Shown: piece by piece, positions 34,678-38,268 of the stretch
Position numbering within the stretch: position 1 is the stretch's first letter
How the letters are laid out: each line of letters begins with the position of its first letter
Assembly (NCBI RefSeq): GCF_001194135.2
Contig: NC_068981.1
Coordinates: 108,596,499-108,634,766, forward strand
Length of the DNA stretch: 38,268 nt
DNA from: Octopus bimaculoides
Lineage: Eukaryota
Reading direction: 5' to 3'
Program-made: the position numbers and the translations under genes
Notes under the pieces: model-generated
What the model saw: the letters and a program-made list of their open reading frames with translations, nothing else
Database searches by the model: none
Told to the model about the DNA's origin: nothing

Positions 34678-35875
34678 TTTCCAGAAAACTCTTGCCGGCT
34701 AACAGCAATCACCCCGCAAAAATGTTGTTTGGTACCAAGGAACATAACTCTTAGCCTAACTCTTGCTCGGTTCGCTCCATCATCTTTTTCCCAGCAGCCA
34801 CAAACCAGATGTGTCTGTTTACCTCCAACAATAGAGAGCAGTCACCATATTTTATTCCATAACAGCTTTCTCTGAGGAGCGCAGGGTTACATAATAGGAC
34901 TGTTATCAAACACTCTATTGAACTTCGATTNNNNNNNNNNNNNNNNNNNNNNNNNNNNNNNNNNNNNNNNNNNNNNNNNNNNNNNNNNNNNNNNNNNNNN
35001 NNNNNNNNNNNNNNNNNNNNNNNNNNNNNNNNNNNNNNNNNNNNNNNNNNNNNNNNNNNNNNNNNNNNNNNNNNNNNNNNNNNNNNNNNNNNNNNNNNNN
35101 NNNNNNNNNNNNNNNNNNNNNNNNNNNNNNNNNNNNNNNNNNNNNNNNNNNNNNNNNNNNNNNNNNNNNNNNNNNNNNNNNNNNNNNNNNNNNNNNNNNN
35201 NNNNNNNNNNNNNNNNNNNNNNNNNNNNNNNNNNNNNNNNNNNNNNNNNNNNNNNNNNNNNNNNNNNNNNNNNNNNNNNNNNNNNNNNNNNNNNNNNNNN
35301 NNNNNNNNNNNNNNNNNNNNNNNNNNNNNNNNNNNNNNNNNNNNNNNNNNNNNNNNNNNNNNNNNNNNNNNNNNNNNNNNNNNNNNNNNNNNNNNNNNNN
35401 NNNNNNNNNNNNNNNNNNNNNNNNNNNNNNNNNNNNNNNNNNNNNNNNNNNNNNNNNNNNNNNNNNNNNNNNNNNNNNNNNNNNNNNNNNNNNNNNNNNN
35501 NNNNNNNNNNNNNNNNNNNNNNNNNNNNNNNNNNNNNNNNNNNNNNNNNNNNNNNNNNNNNNNNNNNNNNNNNNNNNNNNNNNNNNNNNNNNNNNNNNNN
35601 NNNNNNNNNNNNNNNNNNNNNNNNNNNNNNNNNNNNNNNNNNNNNNNNNNNNNNNNNNNNNNNNNNNNNNNNNNNNNNNNNNNNNNNNNNNNNNNNNNNN
35701 NNNNNNNNNNNNNNNNNNNNNNNNNNNNNNNNNNNNNNNNNNNNNNNNNNNNNNNNNNNNNNNNNNNNNNNNNNNNNNNNNNNATATATACATACATACA
35801 TATATATACACATATATTTATATATATATACATGTGTGTGTGCGTGCGTGCGTGCGTGTGAGCGTGTGTGTGTGT

Positions 35876-36040
35876 GTGTTTATCCCTAACTACTGCTTGA
35901 CAACCGGTGTAGATTGATTTATGCCCTCGTAACTTAGTAGTTCATCATAAGAGACCGATAAAATAAGTATCACGCATACAAACAGCACTGGTTCGATCTT
36001 ACTCAAACCTTTCTAGGCGGTGCCCCAGCACGGCTGCATT
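35876..36040 (+). mobile_element. SINE 3' tail segment
   Basis: tgcttgacaaccggtgt...cgtaacttag...gagaccgataaaataagta...ggcggtgccccagcacggctgca follows a microsatellite, as the tail of this family usually does (from memory). Confidence 0.6.
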
Positions 36041-36993
36041 AGTTTTTCTCTTGCACCTCTGTGTCATGTTCACGATGAAGCGTTAACTATATCCCTCACC
36101 AGTTCACTATTCATTGCTCTTCTGTCCTATCTATGTTTAATGCCAGCCAGAAAGGACACTATGTAAAACTGCCATATTCTGTCAAGTAAACGACTTCAAA
36201 AATCAAGTACTTACTAGCAACTACAAGCTGTATTTCAAACCATACTAGAAAGAGAAATGTATATAATGTAGTCCACAATGCGGTATTGATGTAGAACTAG
36301 TTTTCACAATCATACGCTATCATTAACGAGAAAATGTTTCCCAAATTGCTTTACATTCCATCAGTTGTTCAACAAAGCAACATAAAAGTGTGCTCTAGTT
36401 GCATGAAAAACATGTGCCATTAAAAAACACTATACAAAAATATTACTCACAAATGAAAGCTGAAATGAATCGACCATTAAATGGTATTGCATACTGTAAT
36501 GCTGTATCAGTCACCGAGCTCGCAGAACATTTCTTAAAATGTCGCATGTACGAAGGCAACAATTCATTCTGTCATAGCATTCTCAACTTTACGGGGACGG
36601 AAGGTCATCGACACAGCAACACCATTTTTTGTGATAGAAAACTTATCTGACTCTTCTCATTCGATTTAACAGTTAAAACTTTTACTATCAGTTCCACCTC
36701 TCATTCTGGTTTAGAACTTCCAGGTATCATTCAGCCTTGATCCTACAACAGACCAATCCTTTACGAAGTCTGTTTCCATACTGAAACTTTCATTCTCTCA
36801 ATTATTCACCTCCACCCAACAATGGCGGCTTCACACAAAAAAATCGGCTTGAGTTCTCCAAAAAAACAACAAAAAAGTGGCTTGCAGGCTGTCAATGCTT
36901 ATTCTTCCCTTTCATGGGACTGCCACATTAAGTTGGCAACATACCATCACTTTATCGTGCTGCTACTGTAAAAATCTCTCTGAGAGATTTGTA

Positions 36994-38268
36994 CCTGTGA
37001 AATCTTGCATCCCTGCCGTAAGGCTTTATTTCCACACACGCCAGCTTAATTTAATTCGTCCTTAGTCGAAAGACACCTGTTGNNNNNNNNNNNNNNNNNN
37101 NNNNNNNNNNNNNNNNNNNNNNNNNNNNNNNNNNNNNNNNNNNNNNNNNNNNNNNNNNNNNNNNNNNNNNNNNNNNNNNNNNNNNNNNNNNNNNNNNNNN
37201 NNNNNNNNNNNNNNNNNNNNNNNNNNNNNNNNNNNNNNNNNNNNNNNNNNNNNNNNNNNNNNNNNNNNNNNNNNNNNNNNNNNNNNNNNNNNNNNNTAAT
37301 GCTCTTAGCTTAGTTTTTCCTTGGGGTTGACCGGATTGGAGCAATCTCGAGTATAACCAGCCGAAATTTCAAAGATAATCTGAAACTCGACTGAGGAAAG
37401 GAAACTCCGTCTTTGTTTTCTTTATATCGTCTATCTGGACCTTTTGTTGTCCCTTTTTGTTTGTATCACCTAACTGTCTGGATGTATTGTGTTCTTGTCC
37501 TATTTTGTATCTTTTATATATATATATATAGCGGCGTACGTACACTTTGGTCTCTTATATGTAAATATATATTTATCAAAATCTTGTACGACTCTATTCT
37601 TTCTTTCAATCAGCCCTTTCACGCTTATTCGTTCATTCCACACTTCGTTCTTTCGTTCCCCCTCTCTCACATTTCCCTTCCTTCTCTTCTTGCTTACTTT
37701 CCCTCCTCTTTTCACTTCACTGTGTCTCTGTCATTTTTATCTTGCCTGTCCTTAATTCTTCTGTCCCTCTGCCTCTACCTCCCTCTCTTCTCTCCCCACG
37801 TGAACGGTGTTCGGCCAAGCCTGATCTTTCTTTCTTGGTTCGGCCGTCCGTGCAACATCGTTATTCCTCCGTATGCCTGTGAAATCTTGTATCCCAGCTT
37901 AATTTAATTCGTCCTTAGTCCAAAGACACCTATTGTTATGTCCTGTTTTTTTTTTGTATTTGTGTAACAGTCTCCGTTTTTTCCCGTCCTTGTTTTCGTA
38001 TACATTCGCTGCTTTCTTCCAAGGAATCTAATGCTCTTAGCTCAGTTTTCCTTGGGGTTGGCCAGATTGGAGCAATCTCAAGTATAACCAACCGAAATTG
38101 CAAAGATAATCTGGAACTCGACTTAGGAAAAAAAAAAGCTCCGAATGACCCGTCCTTGTTTTCTTTGCATCGTCTATCTGGACGTTTTGTTGTCCCTTTT
38201 TTGTATCACCTAACTGTCTGTATGTATTGCGTTCTTGCCCAATTTTTTAATTATATATATATATATAT
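36994..38268. repeat. Partial tandem duplication of an unclassified interspersed repeat
   Basis: Copy 1 (36994-~37530, spanning a gap) and copy 2 (37876-38268) share cctgtgaaatcttg...cagcttaatttaattcgtccttagtc.aaagacacct and taatgctcttagc...ggagcaatctc...cacctaactgtctg, and both end in (TA)n. Confidence 0.8.

Larger units (their letters stand above)
14616..37296. other. Eight assembly gaps: 14616-14916, 17467-18100, 23018-23241, 25894-26011, 30414-30549, 34931-35783, 37083-37296 are seven distinct N-runs; no other gaps seen
   Basis: Runs of N are directly visible (seven runs on recount). Most are bordered by (TA)n on at least one side, as expected for short-read contigs breaking at microsatellites. 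Confidence 0.9.

Noticed and set aside
34751-34930. Open minus-strand frame next to the gap (…CYGIKYGDCSLLLEV…) as an exon
   Set aside because: No family was recognised, it has no clear acceptor, and it is truncated by the gap.
14486-35889. Long ORFs containing X runs or YIYI/CVCV/HTHT tracts
   Set aside because: These are artefacts of N-gaps and dinucleotide repeats.
36399-36650. LINE C-terminal zinc-knuckle relic (AEHFLKC)
   Set aside because: The similarity is limited to a few residues, with no adjacent RT motifs.
37385-37415. Minimal hammerhead ribozyme (CTGAGGA-aag-GAAAC-tcc-GTC)
   Set aside because: The core-like words are present, but stem II is absent and stem I pairs poorly. The second copy (38115-38150) shows the GTC junction arises from a deletion in copy 1.

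Overview
AT-rich animal genomic DNA with 8 N-gaps and many microsatellites. The SINE families look like those I recall from Octopus genomes, so a coleoid cephalopod source is inferred, not proven. There is one clear host gene: the 3' half (TM6-TM12 and C-tail) of an SLC6 sodium-dependent amino-acid transporter of the SLC6A15-20 branch. It has six + strand coding exons at 1864-11336, with canonical GT-AG junctions and consistent phases, giving 410 codons plus stop. Its 5' exons lie upstream of the window. The rest is mostly transposon debris: two Tc1/mariner transposase relics, a mariner MITE, Helitron helicase and Rep fragments, Hero-type, CR1-group and Tx1/L1 LINE fragments, a Penelope GIY-YIG fragment, a Gypsy gag fragment and several tRNA-derived SINEs. 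The most unusual structures are (i) a ~1.39 kb foldback element in an SLC6 intron with head-to-head TTAGGG/CCCTAA telomere-like arrays at its centre, (ii) a ~1.48 kb almost spacer-less palindrome with TAG...CTA ends, and (iii) two different SINEs stacked at one 16-bp target that is present three times. Most entries in the ORF track are microsatellite, N-gap or antisense artefacts.
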